From assembly GCA_963745025.1 (NCBI GenBank), contig CAVUWD010000006.1, positions 1-64,000 on the forward strand: a stretch of DNA of 64,000 nt. The letters run 5' to 3'. Positions 9,340 to 19,561 of the stretch are shown here, piece by piece. Every line of letters starts with the position of its first letter. The stretch's first letter is position 1. This stretch comes from an uncultured delta proteobacterium. Lineage in GTDB: Bacteria > Desulfobacterota > Binatia > JACPRU01. The notes beneath the pieces were generated by a model. That model made no database searches. It saw only the letters and a program-made list of their open reading frames with translations, and was not told where the DNA came from. The position numbers and the translations under genes are program-made.

Positions 9340-11625
9340 ATGGGAGCGATCGAGCCTGCTCACGATTCGCCGGTCTATCTTTCGCTGCGAGCCCGCACGG
9401 ACGCCGTCAAGCAGCAGCTCAAGACGACGGGTCACTACAAGGGGATCGGCGACCTGCGGCTCAAGGAGCGGGACGTCATCCGCTTCGAGCTCCTGTATTC
9501 GCGTCTGCAGTCGATCGTGATCGGTTCGCAGCAGGTCGGTTCCAAGGTCGCCTGCTCACCCGGCACGCGTGAAGTCGGCGAATCGGTGGTCGGACTCTAC
9601 ACGCCGGAAGGCGACGCGGTCGTGTTCTCCGGCGGCATCATGGTTCACGTGCACACGATGAGCCGTTTCATCAAGTGGATGATCGCGCACGACTACGAGA
9701 TCAATCCCGGCTTCAAGCACGGCGACATCTTCGAGAACAACGACACCTACATCGGCGGCGTGCACATTCCGGACATCATGGACGTGACGCCGATCTTCTC
9801 GGACGGCGAGCTGATCGGCTGGACCGGGATGGTGACGCACGTGCTGGAAGTCGGCGGCATCACGCCGGGCAGCATGCCGGTGCTGTCCGCCGAGCGATTC
9901 ACGGAAGGCTTGATCATCTGCGCCGAGAAGGTCGGCGAGAACGACCAGCTCTACAAGCACTACGAGATCCGCGCCGAGCGCAGCGTGCGTTCGCCCGACC
10001 TGTGGATCCTGGATGCCAAGGCGCGCGTCACCGGGGCGTTCGTGGCCCGCGACGAGATCCTCTCCACCATTCGCGAATTCGGCATCGACTACTACACCGA
10101 TGCGGTCAACGAATACATCGAGAGCGCGCGGCGCGCGCAGCTCGACCGTGTGAAAACCATGCTGGTGCCGGGCGTCTACAAGGAGGTGACGACCTGCGAC
10201 CAGATCATGGAGGGTGCGCCGGGTCTCTCGCCGCTGGCCGACGGGAACGTCACCATCATCGAGCCGCTGGAGATGACGATCGACGGCAGCGGCAAGATGA
10301 CGATCGACTTCGACGGCTTCGGCTCCTGGCGCTATTGGTCCGGCAACGCTACGCCGGCGGCGCTCGAGGGCGGGCTCTTCGTGTCGATGTCGCAGGCGCT
10401 CAATTTCGATGGGCGCATCAACCACGGGAGCTATCTGGCGACCGAGCTCAAGTTCCCGCAGGGCACCGTGGTGTGGCCCGACAACAAGTACGCTTCGACG
10501 TCGCTCGGCTGGAACCTCGTGATGCCGACCTGGGCGAACTGGTACCGCATGATGGCGCGCGCGACGTACATGCGCGGCTTCGTCGAGGAGACGTTCCTCT
10601 TCGGTGCGCTCACGCCGTGCTACGACGCGGGCGGCATCGACCAGTATGGCCGGGTGTTCGGCGGCACGAACTTCGAGCTCGCCGCGCAGGGCAGCGGCGC
10701 GCGCGGCATCTGCGACGGGATCGATTTCGGCTACGTGCTCTGGAACCCGGAATCGGACATGGGCAACGCCGAGATCTGGGAACAGCTCTTCCCGCAGCTC
10801 TATCTGTCGCGAAAGATCCTGCCGAACGCCCACGGCTTCGGTAAGTACCGCGGCGGCAACGGGTGGCAATCGCTGCTGCTGACCCACAACTCGAACCAGA
10901 TGGTGATCACCACGGAGCTGGGTCAGGCGCGGGCGTTCGACCACCAGGGCATCTTCGGCGGTTACCCCGGCAAGGTGCACTACATCTACTTGCTGACCGA
11001 CACCGACATCAAAGAGCGCATCGCCAAGGGCGAGGAGCTGCCGACGGGCGAAGGCGACGATCCGCGGAACCCCGAGCTCGCGCGGCTACTCAAAGGGAAG
11101 CTCCGCGTGTCCCATGGCAACATGACAGCCGACAAGCCGCTCAAGGACGGCGACATCGTGCTCATGCAGTACCGCGGGATGGGTGGCTTCGGCGATCCTC
11201 TGGATCGCGATCCGGCGCTGATCGAGCAGGATCTCGAGAACGGCATCGTCACCCAAGAGATGGCGGAACGGATCTGCGGCGCCGTGATCGAGCGCTCCGC
11301 CGACGGCGATGTGCGGGTCGTGAACCGCGAAGCGACCGAGACCCGGCGAGCCGAGATGCGGAAGGCGCGCATCAGGAACGCGATCCCGGCGAAGACCTGG
11401 ATGGCGGCGCAGAAAGTGCGAATCGAGGAGCACGCGCTGCCCGACGTCGTGCTCGAGATCTACAAGGACGTCAGCTCGCACTCCAAGAAGTGGCTCCACG
11501 AGTATCGTGGATTCTGGGGCTTCGACGAGTCGTTCTCGTTCGACGCGCCCGAGATCCGCGACGTCAATCCCTTTGCGATGCGCTCGGGTGTGTCGCGGGT
11601 CGCCGACAACCCGCTGGAGTTCTGA
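9340..11625 (+). CDS. acxB: Hydantoinase B family, acetone carboxylase alpha-like subunit
   Basis: HxxD...H metal motif (VHIPD, THVLE), WNPESDMGNAEIWE, GKYRGG, GGFGDPLDRD. Confidence 0.85.
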   Translation: MGAIEPAHDSPVYLSLRARTDAVKQQLKTTGHYKGIGDLRLKERDVIRFELLYSRLQSIVIGSQQVGSKVACSPGTREVGESVVGLYTPEGDAVVFSGGIMVHVHTMSRFIKWMIAHDYEINPGFKHGDIFENNDTYIGGVHIPDIMDVTPIFSDGELIGWTGMVTHVLEVGGITPGSMPVLSAERFTEGLIICAEKVGENDQLYKHYEIRAERSVRSPDLWILDAKARVTGAFVARDEILSTIREFGIDYYTDAVNEYIESARRAQLDRVKTMLVPGVYKEVTTCDQIMEGAPGLSPLADGNVTIIEPLEMTIDGSGKMTIDFDGFGSWRYWSGNATPAALEGGLFVSMSQALNFDGRINHGSYLATELKFPQGTVVWPDNKYASTSLGWNLVMPTWANWYRMMARATYMRGFVEETFLFGALTPCYDAGGIDQYGRVFGGTNFELAAQGSGARGICDGIDFGYVLWNPESDMGNAEIWEQLFPQLYLSRKILPNAHGFGKYRGGNGWQSLLLTHNSNQMVITTELGQARAFDHQGIFGGYPGKVHYIYLLTDTDIKERIAKGEELPTGEGDDPRNPELARLLKGKLRVSHGNMTADKPLKDGDIVLMQYRGMGGFGDPLDRDPALIEQDLENGIVTQEMAERICGAVIERSADGDVRVVNREATETRRAEMRKARIRNAIPAKTWMAAQKVRIEEHALPDVVLEIYKDVSSHSKKWLHEYRGFWGFDESFSFDAPEIRDVNPFAMRSGVSRVADNPLEF

Positions 11626-11627
11626 TC

Positions 11628-12131
11628 ATGGCCGGACACGTGGTCGAGGTCGACGAAAGCACGCTCGGGCTCCTCATCGACGGCCAGCTGCCGTGGGACG
11701 ACGTCCATCACATCCAATCGTCGTACAAGGATCCCAAACGGTTCGACACCTACGTGAAGGTACTGCAGTCGCGGGTCTCGTGGACCGACCCGATCGTGCT
11801 TCCCTTGTCGCCGTACCTTTCGATCGTGAAGAACCCCGCGGGCGTATACGCGGTGAAGTGCCTCTGCGGGCACGATTTCGGCGACTACCGGCACAACTGG
11901 AAGACGGCGGCGCTGATCAACGTGCGCGACAGCGAGGAGAAGCTGCAGGAGCTGTGGCCCGGACCGCGCTGCCCCGACCCGGAGAAGAACGAGATCCGCG
12001 AGTTCTTCTGCCCCGACTGCGGGCGCCAGCTGGAAGTCGACGCCGTTCCACCCGGATATCCGATCCTCGCGAACTTCACGCCGAATCTCGAAGCCTTCTA
12101 CCGAGACTGGCTCGGCCGACCGTTGCCCTAG
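11628..12131 (+). CDS. acxC: Acetone carboxylase gamma-like subunit
   Basis: KCLCGHDFGDYRHNWK..REFFCPDCG..V.AVPPGYP zinc motifs. Starts 2 nt after acxB. Confidence 0.85.
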   Translation: MAGHVVEVDESTLGLLIDGQLPWDDVHHIQSSYKDPKRFDTYVKVLQSRVSWTDPIVLPLSPYLSIVKNPAGVYAVKCLCGHDFGDYRHNWKTAALINVRDSEEKLQELWPGPRCPDPEKNEIREFFCPDCGRQLEVDAVPPGYPILANFTPNLEAFYRDWLGRPLP

Positions 12132-12306
12132 GGTTTGCGCGCTGGGCTCGAGAACGCGCGGGGCAGAAGATCAGCCCGCCATAAGCGGAGCGACTCGCGT
12201 AGTGCGCTCGGCGGTGGAAAAATTAGCCCCCCAGAGGAGGTTTCCGGGCGTTTCAAGCCGCTTTTCGAGCGCTCGCCCCGTGAAAAGAACTTGGATTTCC
12301 GTACTA

Positions 12307-12331
12307 CTCGACGGGTTCAAATCCCGTCGAG
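12307..12331 (+). other. Hairpin with a tRNA T-loop (copy 1)
   Basis: CTCGACGGG-TTCAAAT-CCCGTCGAG, a perfect 9-bp stem. Confidence 0.6.
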
Positions 12332-12469
12332 GTTCGTCCAGAGACGATCCACAAAGAGGAACCGCCGGAGGTCGACTCCCCCTGCCCTGCTGGTTCTGCT
12401 TCTGCTAGCCGATCTCAACGCGAACGGTATCAAGGTCGGCGTCCGGGCCCGCGGAAGCCCGACGACCGA

Positions 12470-13513
12470 TCAACGGCTCGTGACGAAGGGCCACAGGCCG
12501 TCCGCGCCGGCGCGCAAGGCCGCGCGACCGAGCCACGACGCCCACTCGGGCTCGCTGCCGAACTCGCCCCGCCACGACCAGAGACGACGCGTCGCGAAGT
12601 GCAGGCCGTGCTCGTAGGTGAACCCGATCGCGCCGTGAATCTGGTGTGCGGTCGACGACGCGATCTCCACCGCGCCGGCCGTCCGGACCTTCGCGACGGC
12701 GACCTCGAAGGTCGGGTCCTGGACTTCCGCCGCGGCCCGCGCGGCCGCCTCGGCGGCCACGGTCGCGGCGGCGACGTGTCCCGCCATGACGGCGAGGTAC
12801 TGCTGGATCACCTGGAAGGAGCCGATCGGCTTCCCGAACTGCACCCGCTCGCCGGCATAGCGGACGGTCTGGCCGAGCACGGAATCGAGCGCGCCGGCGA
12901 TCTGCGCCGAGCGGACGAGCGCGCCGTAAACTCGCACTGGATCGTCCACCCCCCGCACCGGCGCCTTCGCGAGGACGGGCGCGTCCTCGAACGAAACGTC
13001 GTCCCTCGGCTCGCGGGCCAGGTTCTCGCCGGGAGCGACCGAGGCCGCCCCTGCTTCGCAGAGACCGACGACGCTCTCGGCGCCGAGCGTGGACACCACG
13101 AACACCAGATGCTTCGCGAGGCGCGCGTACGGCACTCTCCGAGCGGCCACGGTCAACCGGCCGGCGGAGAGCACGGACGGAGGCAAGCCGGCGGGCAGCA
13201 CCCCGAGAGGGCCCTCCGGAACCTCGATACCCGCCTGGTCGAGGAGCCACCCGCCGAGGATCGTTTCGGCGAGGGGCAGCGGCACGCAGGCGTGCCCCGC
13301 GGCGCGCAAGATGACGAACGCGTCGAGCCAGGTGCCGCCCGCGCCGCCCACCGCCTCGCGCAGATGAGGTCGAGTGAAGCCGCCCGCCTCGAGCTCGGAC
13401 CACAGCACGTTCGGCACCTCGCCGCGCTCGGCCTGCTCGATCGATTCCTTCGTCACCCGATCGGCGAAGAGCTTGCCGATCGCATCTTCCAACATCGTGC
13501 GCAGCTCGCTCAT
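12470..13513 (-). CDS. Acyl-CoA dehydrogenase, short partner subunit
   Basis: ERVQFGKPIGSFQ.IQ, HQIHGAIGFTYEH. Overlaps the upstream ACAD gene. Confidence 0.9.
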   Translation of the reverse strand: MSELRTMLEDAIGKLFADRVTKESIEQAERGEVPNVLWSELEAGGFTRPHLREAVGGAGGTWLDAFVILRAAGHACVPLPLAETILGGWLLDQAGIEVPEGPLGVLPAGLPPSVLSAGRLTVAARRVPYARLAKHLVFVVSTLGAESVVGLCEAGAASVAPGENLAREPRDDVSFEDAPVLAKAPVRGVDDPVRVYGALVRSAQIAGALDSVLGQTVRYAGERVQFGKPIGSFQVIQQYLAVMAGHVAAATVAAEAAARAAAEVQDPTFEVAVAKVRTAGAVEIASSTAHQIHGAIGFTYEHGLHFATRRLWSWRGEFGSEPEWASWLGRAALRAGADGLWPFVTSR

Positions 13514-14664
13514 CGAAGACCCAGACCTCGCGCGATGATGCCGCGGAGGATTTCGCGCGTTCCGCCCCGCAGCGAGAAGGAAGGCGTGTTCTGCAGCAGC
13601 GTACCGAGCATTCGCTCAAAGTCGGTCGCCCCTTCGTCGTTCCGCGGCTCGGTCCCCGAAAGCGCCTCGACCAGGATCGGCACCTGCTGCTCGTGGAGGC
13701 AGCCGAGGTCCTTCACGATCGACGCTTGCACCATCGGGTCGAGCCCCACCCCCAGCATGCCCGCCACCGAGATCGACATCACGCGCAGCGTGACGAGGTC
13801 CGCCAGCTTGCGACCGATCTCCGCCGCCACGGCCTCGGCCGCATCGGGCCCGAGCGTCGTCAGGCAATCGGCGAACAGTGGGAAGCTCGACAGCAACCGT
13901 TCGGGTCCGCTGCGCTCGAAGGCGAGCTCCGAGGTCACCTGCTTCCAGCCGTCGCCTTCGCGACCCACGAGCAGATTCTCGGGCACGAACGCGTCTTCGA
14001 ACGAGACCTCGCAGAAGTGCTCCGAGCCGGCGAGGTCGCGAATCGGTCGGATCGCCACGCCCGCAGAGGAGAGATCGATGATGAGCTGCGAGAGCCCCTC
14101 GTGCTTCGACTTCTCGATCGGGCGCGTCCGGACCAGCGCGATCATGAACTGGCACTTGCTCGCGCCGGTCGTCCAGATCTTGGAGCCGTTCACATGCCAA
14201 CCGCCCCGCGCCGGCGTTGCACGAGTGCGCACCGAGGCCAGGTCGGAGCCGGAGTCGGGCTCGCTCATGCCGATGCAGAAAAAGGCTTCGGCGCGGGCAA
14301 TCGCCGGGAGGAAGCGCATCCGTTGCTCTTCGGTTCCCGTCCGCAGCAGGAGCGGCCCCGTCTGGCGGTCGCCGATCCAGTGGGCGCCCACCGGGGCACC
14401 CGCGGCGAGCACCTCCTCGAGCACGACGTAGCGCTCGAAGGCACTGCGCTCGCCGCCGCCGTAGCGCTTCGGCCAAGTCATGCCGATCCAGCCGCGCGCG
14501 GCCATCTTGCGACTGAAGTCGGCGTCGAAGCCCGACCAACTGAAGGCGCGCTGCCATCGCGGATAGTCACGCAGCTCCGCGGCCAGAAAGCGCCGCACGT
14601 CCTCGCGGGCGCGCTCCGCCTCGGGCGTGATCCTCTGCAGTCGAAATTCGCCTGCTACGCTCAT
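13510..14664 (-). CDS. Acyl-CoA dehydrogenase
   Basis: GMSEPDSGSDLAS, NGSKIWT, RGGTREILRGIIARGLG. Confidence 0.92.
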   Translation of the reverse strand: MSVAGEFRLQRITPEAERAREDVRRFLAAELRDYPRWQRAFSWSGFDADFSRKMAARGWIGMTWPKRYGGGERSAFERYVVLEEVLAAGAPVGAHWIGDRQTGPLLLRTGTEEQRMRFLPAIARAEAFFCIGMSEPDSGSDLASVRTRATPARGGWHVNGSKIWTTGASKCQFMIALVRTRPIEKSKHEGLSQLIIDLSSAGVAIRPIRDLAGSEHFCEVSFEDAFVPENLLVGREGDGWKQVTSELAFERSGPERLLSSFPLFADCLTTLGPDAAEAVAAEIGRKLADLVTLRVMSISVAGMLGVGLDPMVQASIVKDLGCLHEQQVPILVEALSGTEPRNDEGATDFERMLGTLLQNTPSFSLRGGTREILRGIIARGLGLR

Positions 14665-14799
14665 CGGGTTCCTGTTGCTCCTCCCGAGAGGCGCTCAGCC
14701 TGGCGGCGCGCTCTCGTCCCGCTCCCTCCTACCCCGACCGCTCGACAAGATCGAGAGCAGCCGCGCAGGCGGCAATCGTCTCCTGGCTCAGAAGGCCGC

Positions 14800-14900
14800 A
14801 AGGCCGATCAGCGCCGATGATCAGCTTCTGGATCCCGGAGATGCCGTCGGGAATCGTCATCATGTGAGCGTCAGGGAAGTGAAGCTCGACGCACGCCCTC
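14800..14900 (-). pseudogene. Acyl-CoA dehydrogenase C-terminal remnant
   Basis: ELHF.DAHMMTIPDGISGIQKLIIG. Confidence 0.5.
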
Positions 14901-15089
14901 GCTCCGAGCCGCCGTTTCTCCAATAGGAACTTGCCTGAAGCTGCCACTCCCAGCCTTTCACCCGAACGGTCTGGTCGGCGATGACGTTCCGACTGAGCGG
15001 AGAAACCCGATGCTCCCTTCAGAAGGCTCGTTGTGCTTCATGAGCTATCTTGGACAAGAGTGGGTTGCCCCTACTCGGCGCTCTCGCGA

Positions 15090-15845
15090 TCACACCATCG
15101 AGTAACCGCCATTGATCGAAATGACCTGACCAGTGATCCAAGATGCGCGCTCCGATGCCAGGAGCATTACCATCGGAACCACGTCTTCCATCTCTCCGAG
15201 GCGTCGCAGTGGGTAGAGGTTGATCACGCGCTCCAGCGTCTCGGGGTCATTCGAGATATGGCGCGCGAAGCTGGGTGTTTTGACGAGGCCAAGTGAAACC
15301 ACGTTGACGCGAATGCCGTACCGGGCCATCTCTCGTGCCAGCGACTTTGAGAACCCGATAGCGGCTGCTCGACCGGCTGCAGTTACGGCCAGCTTCGACT
15401 CGCCCACGCGCCCGGAATCGCCCGTCACGACGACGACGCTTCCCCTCTTCCGCTCGGCCATTCGGTTGAGTACCGATTGACAGACGTGCATCAATCCTAC
15501 GATCGTCACGTCGACCTGCGGTCGCCATTCCTCGGGCCTGGACCGCAGAAAATCACTACGGGCTGTGTAGGCGTGGTTACTCACCAGGATGTCCAGCGGT
15601 CCGAGGTCTCGCTCGATCGCCTCGACCATTGCATCGACAGCAGAGCGATCACGGACGTCCGCTCGATAAGCACCGGACCTCACGCCGAGCTCTCGCGCGG
15701 CCTGGTGCGCCCCTGCAGCCGAGGAAAAATAATGAAACGCGACGCACGCACCCTCGCGGGCGAAACCGAGTCCCATGGCCTCACCGAGTCCTTGCCCGGC
15801 GCCCGTAACGAGGACGACGCGATCCTTCAAACACAGATCCATCAT
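15090..15845 (-). CDS. SDR family oxidoreductase with an atypical active site
   Basis: TGAGQGLG Rossmann motif. TxxxR replaces YxxxK. Confidence 0.88.
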   Translation of the reverse strand: MMDLCLKDRVVLVTGAGQGLGEAMGLGFAREGACVAFHYFSSAAGAHQAARELGVRSGAYRADVRDRSAVDAMVEAIERDLGPLDILVSNHAYTARSDFLRSRPEEWRPQVDVTIVGLMHVCQSVLNRMAERKRGSVVVVTGDSGRVGESKLAVTAAGRAAAIGFSKSLAREMARYGIRVNVVSLGLVKTPSFARHISNDPETLERVINLYPLRRLGEMEDVVPMVMLLASERASWITGQVISINGGYSMV

Positions 15846-15952
15846 TTACCCCTTCTGATGATCACAATCGCCGTGGTGCCGGGCCCCGTCGCGAGCCGGG
15901 CGATGCCCGCCGCGGCCGTCCAATCCGCCCCCTGCATTCTCCGCGTTGAAGA

Positions 15953-16510
15953 CTATTTCGATCCCAATTGCGCGATAATTTCGTCGCTCGTCATTACCCT
16001 GCCGTACGGGCCGTTTAGCGCGGCGAGGAAGGCATTGTGCACATTCGCGGCGGGGACCAAGTTGCCGTCGCGCACCAGCGCACACGTCGCGCAGGCATCC
16101 GATGCCGTGAGGCATTGGAATCCGAAATCGGTGGCAGCGCGAACCGTGGCATCCACGCACATGTGCGTCATCATTCCCGCGATCACGACGCAATCGATTT
16201 TCTGCGCGCGCAGATGATCGAGCAGCGGCGTCTGGCGGAACGCGTTGGGGAAATGTTTTTGGAAGACCGTTTCCGCTGCCCGGGGCTGAACGTTCTGGCG
16301 ATGGCTCACGCCCTCTGTCTTGGGGATGAAAAATGTCGCGGTTGGGTGCGTGGCGATGTGCTGGATGTGCACCAGCGGCAGGTTGTGATCGCGAAAAAAA
16401 TCGAGCAAGCGCCTGGCGCGTTCGCTCGCCGGCTCGCTACCTTCGAGTTCCATTTTGCCGCCGGGGAAATAGTCGTTCTGAATATCAATGAGGATGAGCG
16501 CCGTGTTCAT
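15953..16510 (-). CDS. Isochorismatase-family cysteine hydrolase
   Basis: LIDIQNDYF, KHFPNAF, GMMTHMCVDAT. Confidence 0.92.
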   Translation of the reverse strand: MNTALILIDIQNDYFPGGKMELEGSEPASERARRLLDFFRDHNLPLVHIQHIATHPTATFFIPKTEGVSHRQNVQPRAAETVFQKHFPNAFRQTPLLDHLRAQKIDCVVIAGMMTHMCVDATVRAATDFGFQCLTASDACATCALVRDGNLVPAANVHNAFLAALNGPYGRVMTSDEIIAQLGSK

Positions 16511-16613
16511 ATGCAAGCTCCAGACGTTTTGGTGAATCCAACTTACACGTTTCGGAAAGGCCGCAACACTCAAAGATGGGCAGAGAATTGTCGGCAAAGC
16601 CTTGCCGGTACCG

Positions 16614-18080
16614 CTAGGCGTCGAAGTCGTGCAGCAGGATCTCGCGGGCGCGCCGGCAGATTTCGCGACCGTAGTCGGTCCACCGACCCTGGCCCCAGTA
16701 GCGGTAGCAACTGGTCTGCGAGCACAGGAGGTGGAAGAGGGCGTTGCGAACCCTGGGGTCGGCGGCAGGGATCCCGGGTGCGATGACGCGCTGGTGGAAG
16801 AGCGCGCTCACCTCTTCCATCGGCCCGAGGACGTTGTCGTAGCCGCGCACCCAGGAGATGTCGTTGGTCCAACTTCCGCCGTCCACGTGGAAGCGCGAGT
16901 CCTCGCGCTCCAGGTCGGCGATGACGGCGCGCAGCCGCTCGCCTCCCTCGCCCGGTTGGAAGCGCTCCCAGATGCGCTTCTGCATCACCGGCTGGAGGGC
17001 CGGCAGGTCCTGCTCGCGGATGCCGAGGCCGAAAAGGTACTCGAGGTATTCGCTGACGTTGAGCAGCGGCGTTTCCGAGTGGCTCGCCTGGCGCACGACC
17101 TCGAAGAACTTGGAGGGGAACTCGTTCATCATCACGCCGCCGTTCTCGCCGTCGGCGATCTGGGCCACCAGGCGCGGCACCGTTCGGCCGCCGAGCTCGG
17201 CGCGATCGAGACCGCGCGCTTCGTAGTACGGCTGCATCTGGCCGACGAGCTTGGTGTCGCTGCCCTGGGTCTTGACGATGGCGACGATGCTGGCGCTGGC
17301 TCCCGCGGAGCTGCGACAGACGAGCCGGTGGGGCAGGTGTCGCCGCTCCGGCCTCAGGCCGTCGTGCGGCTGCTCGACCGTGTCCTCCTGCACCAACACC
17401 CACTCGTAGCCGCAGTCGCGCAGGGTGCGGACGAATTCGTAGGCGAGGTCGGGGTGATTCGGCAGCGCCATCTCGGAAGGCGAGAAGCCGCGCACGCGCG
17501 CCAGCGCCTCGGTGCCGAAGAGTGCGGCGAAGTGGTGCTGCCAGGCCTGCACGTGCAGGCGGAAATCCTGCACCGGCGTCGAGGGGGCGACGGCGTGCCC
17601 CCACGGTGCGCCGAGCCATTCGACGGCGCGGCGGTAGTCGGGATTTTGCGCGAGGGGACGGAGGGCCTCGAAGACGTCGCGCAGCCCCATGTGTTGCAGC
17701 CCGTGCAGCAGCGTGCCGGAGTACTCCAGCATCGCCCGCGGCTCCATGCCCTCTTCGAGGAGCTGGGGGATGAACTCCCCCATGCGCTTGTAGCAGGAGA
17801 GAAAGGCGCCGGCGTTATGATTGTCGCCCACCTGTGGGTGCGCCAGCATGTCCTGCAGGTTACTGATGATCGCCGCCGTGCGCAGGTCGTCGCCGCCGGC
17901 GGGGATCAGCGGTTGATGCATGTGCAGCGCGATGGTCGCGGCGCTGCGCAGACGTCCGAAGTCGACGCGGCTCTCGGCCAGCAGCGCCGCTCGCGGCCGG
18001 GCGTGCTTCGCCTCCTCGATAAGCGCTTCGGCGCCGCAGAGGTTGGGGAGCCCGTCGATGCTCTCCGCGAGTTCGTTCAT
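16614..18080 (-). CDS. Glycoside hydrolase family 57 protein
   Basis: HMHQP, GFSPSEM, ADGENGG, TSCYRYWG. Confidence 0.8.
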   Translation of the reverse strand: MNELAESIDGLPNLCGAEALIEEAKHARPRAALLAESRVDFGRLRSAATIALHMHQPLIPAGGDDLRTAAIISNLQDMLAHPQVGDNHNAGAFLSCYKRMGEFIPQLLEEGMEPRAMLEYSGTLLHGLQHMGLRDVFEALRPLAQNPDYRRAVEWLGAPWGHAVAPSTPVQDFRLHVQAWQHHFAALFGTEALARVRGFSPSEMALPNHPDLAYEFVRTLRDCGYEWVLVQEDTVEQPHDGLRPERRHLPHRLVCRSSAGASASIVAIVKTQGSDTKLVGQMQPYYEARGLDRAELGGRTVPRLVAQIADGENGGVMMNEFPSKFFEVVRQASHSETPLLNVSEYLEYLFGLGIREQDLPALQPVMQKRIWERFQPGEGGERLRAVIADLEREDSRFHVDGGSWTNDISWVRGYDNVLGPMEEVSALFHQRVIAPGIPAADPRVRNALFHLLCSQTSCYRYWGQGRWTDYGREICRRAREILLHDFDA

Positions 18081-18088
18081 AGTTCACC

Positions 18089-19561
18089 TCAGGGGTGCCG
18101 GATGTAGTCGTAGATGTTGAGGTAGTGCTGTGCCGGCTGCTTCCACGACCAGTCGGCGTGCATTCCCGCGAGGCGCAACTGGCGGAAGTGCTCGGGCTCG
18201 TCGAACCACAGCGCCAGCGCGCGCTCCAGCGCCGACTCGATGCCCGGATTGTCGGCGTGGTGGAACACGTAGCCGTTCCGCTCGGCGGGCAACCGCTCCG
18301 AGTGGTCGCGATCGAAGACGGTGTCGGCGAGACCGCCGACGGCGCGCACCACCGGCACCGCGCCGTAGCGCATGGCGATCATCTGCGTCAGCCCGCACGG
18401 TTCGAACAGGCTCGGCACGATGACCACGTCCGCCCCGGCGTAGATGAGATGCGCCAACTCGTCGTCGAAGCCGATCTCCAGATGGCAGTCCGGATCGTCG
18501 CGCAAGTGGTAGCGCAGGTGCATGAACTCGTCGTTGATGCGGCGTTCCGGGCTGGCACCGAGGAGGACGAACTGGCCGCCTCGGGTGAGCGTGTAGGAAA
18601 GCGCGTGCTGGATCAGGTGGACGCCCTTCTGCACGTCGAGTCGGCCGACGAAGGCGACGATCGGCTTCGCCGCATCCCTCATCTGGAAGCGCCGGCGCAG
18701 GGCCTCGGTGTTGCCGCTGCGCCGCTCGATCGTCTCCACGCCGTAGGTCACCGGAATGAAGGGATCGCGTTCGGGGTTCCACATCTCGTAGTCGAGACCG
18801 TTCAGAACCCCGCCGAACTTTCGCTGGTGGAGGTGCAGGACGTGGCCGAGGCCGCGCCCCTGGGCGCTAGAGCGCACCTCCCAGGCGTGGTGCGGCGAGA
18901 CCGTGGTGACGAAGTTGGAATAGACGATGGCCCCCTTGGTGAGGTTGAGTGCCAAGGGATTCGAATCGTCGGCCAGGCGATCTGCGGCGAAGAAGTGCTG
19001 CGGCCGCCCGAGGCCTGTCATCCACAGGACGTCGCCACCGACCACGCCCTGGTGGGCGAAGTTGTGGATGGTGTGACAAACCCGCTGTCGATCCATGCCG
19101 AGCCGCTCGTAGATCTCGTACAGCAGCACCGGCACCAGGGCCGTTTGCCAATCGTGCGTGTGGACGATGTCGGGCCGCTTGCCGGCCTTGTAGAGGAACT
19201 CGATGGCGGCTTTGCTGAAGAAGGCGAAGCGCTGGGACTCGTCGGGAAAGCCGTAGAAGGCGCCGCGATTGAAGAAGCCATCGTTGTCGTGCGGCTCGAT
19301 GAAGAAGCACTTGCAGCCATGGACGAAGCCGAACCACACGGTGCAGTGCACCTCGCCATCGGCCCAGGGGACCCAGAGGTCGTGGTAGGCCGGCTGCAGA
19401 TCGGAGACCTGGTCGTGCCGCATGCAGTCGTACTTCGGCAGCACGATCTCCACTGCGTGGCCGCGGATCTCCAACTCCCGACTGAGGCCGTAGACGACGT
19501 CGGCCAGGCCGCCGACCTTGGCAACGGGCGCGCACTCGGAGGCGATCATGGCGATGAACAT
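18089..19561 (-). CDS. glgA: Glycogen synthase
   Basis: KVGGLADV, HDWQT, PSLFEPCGLTQM, VGGLADTV. Confidence 0.95.
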   Translation of the reverse strand: MFIAMIASECAPVAKVGGLADVVYGLSRELEIRGHAVEIVLPKYDCMRHDQVSDLQPAYHDLWVPWADGEVHCTVWFGFVHGCKCFFIEPHDNDGFFNRGAFYGFPDESQRFAFFSKAAIEFLYKAGKRPDIVHTHDWQTALVPVLLYEIYERLGMDRQRVCHTIHNFAHQGVVGGDVLWMTGLGRPQHFFAADRLADDSNPLALNLTKGAIVYSNFVTTVSPHHAWEVRSSAQGRGLGHVLHLHQRKFGGVLNGLDYEMWNPERDPFIPVTYGVETIERRSGNTEALRRRFQMRDAAKPIVAFVGRLDVQKGVHLIQHALSYTLTRGGQFVLLGASPERRINDEFMHLRYHLRDDPDCHLEIGFDDELAHLIYAGADVVIVPSLFEPCGLTQMIAMRYGAVPVVRAVGGLADTVFDRDHSERLPAERNGYVFHHADNPGIESALERALALWFDEPEHFRQLRLAGMHADWSWKQPAQHYLNIYDYIRHP

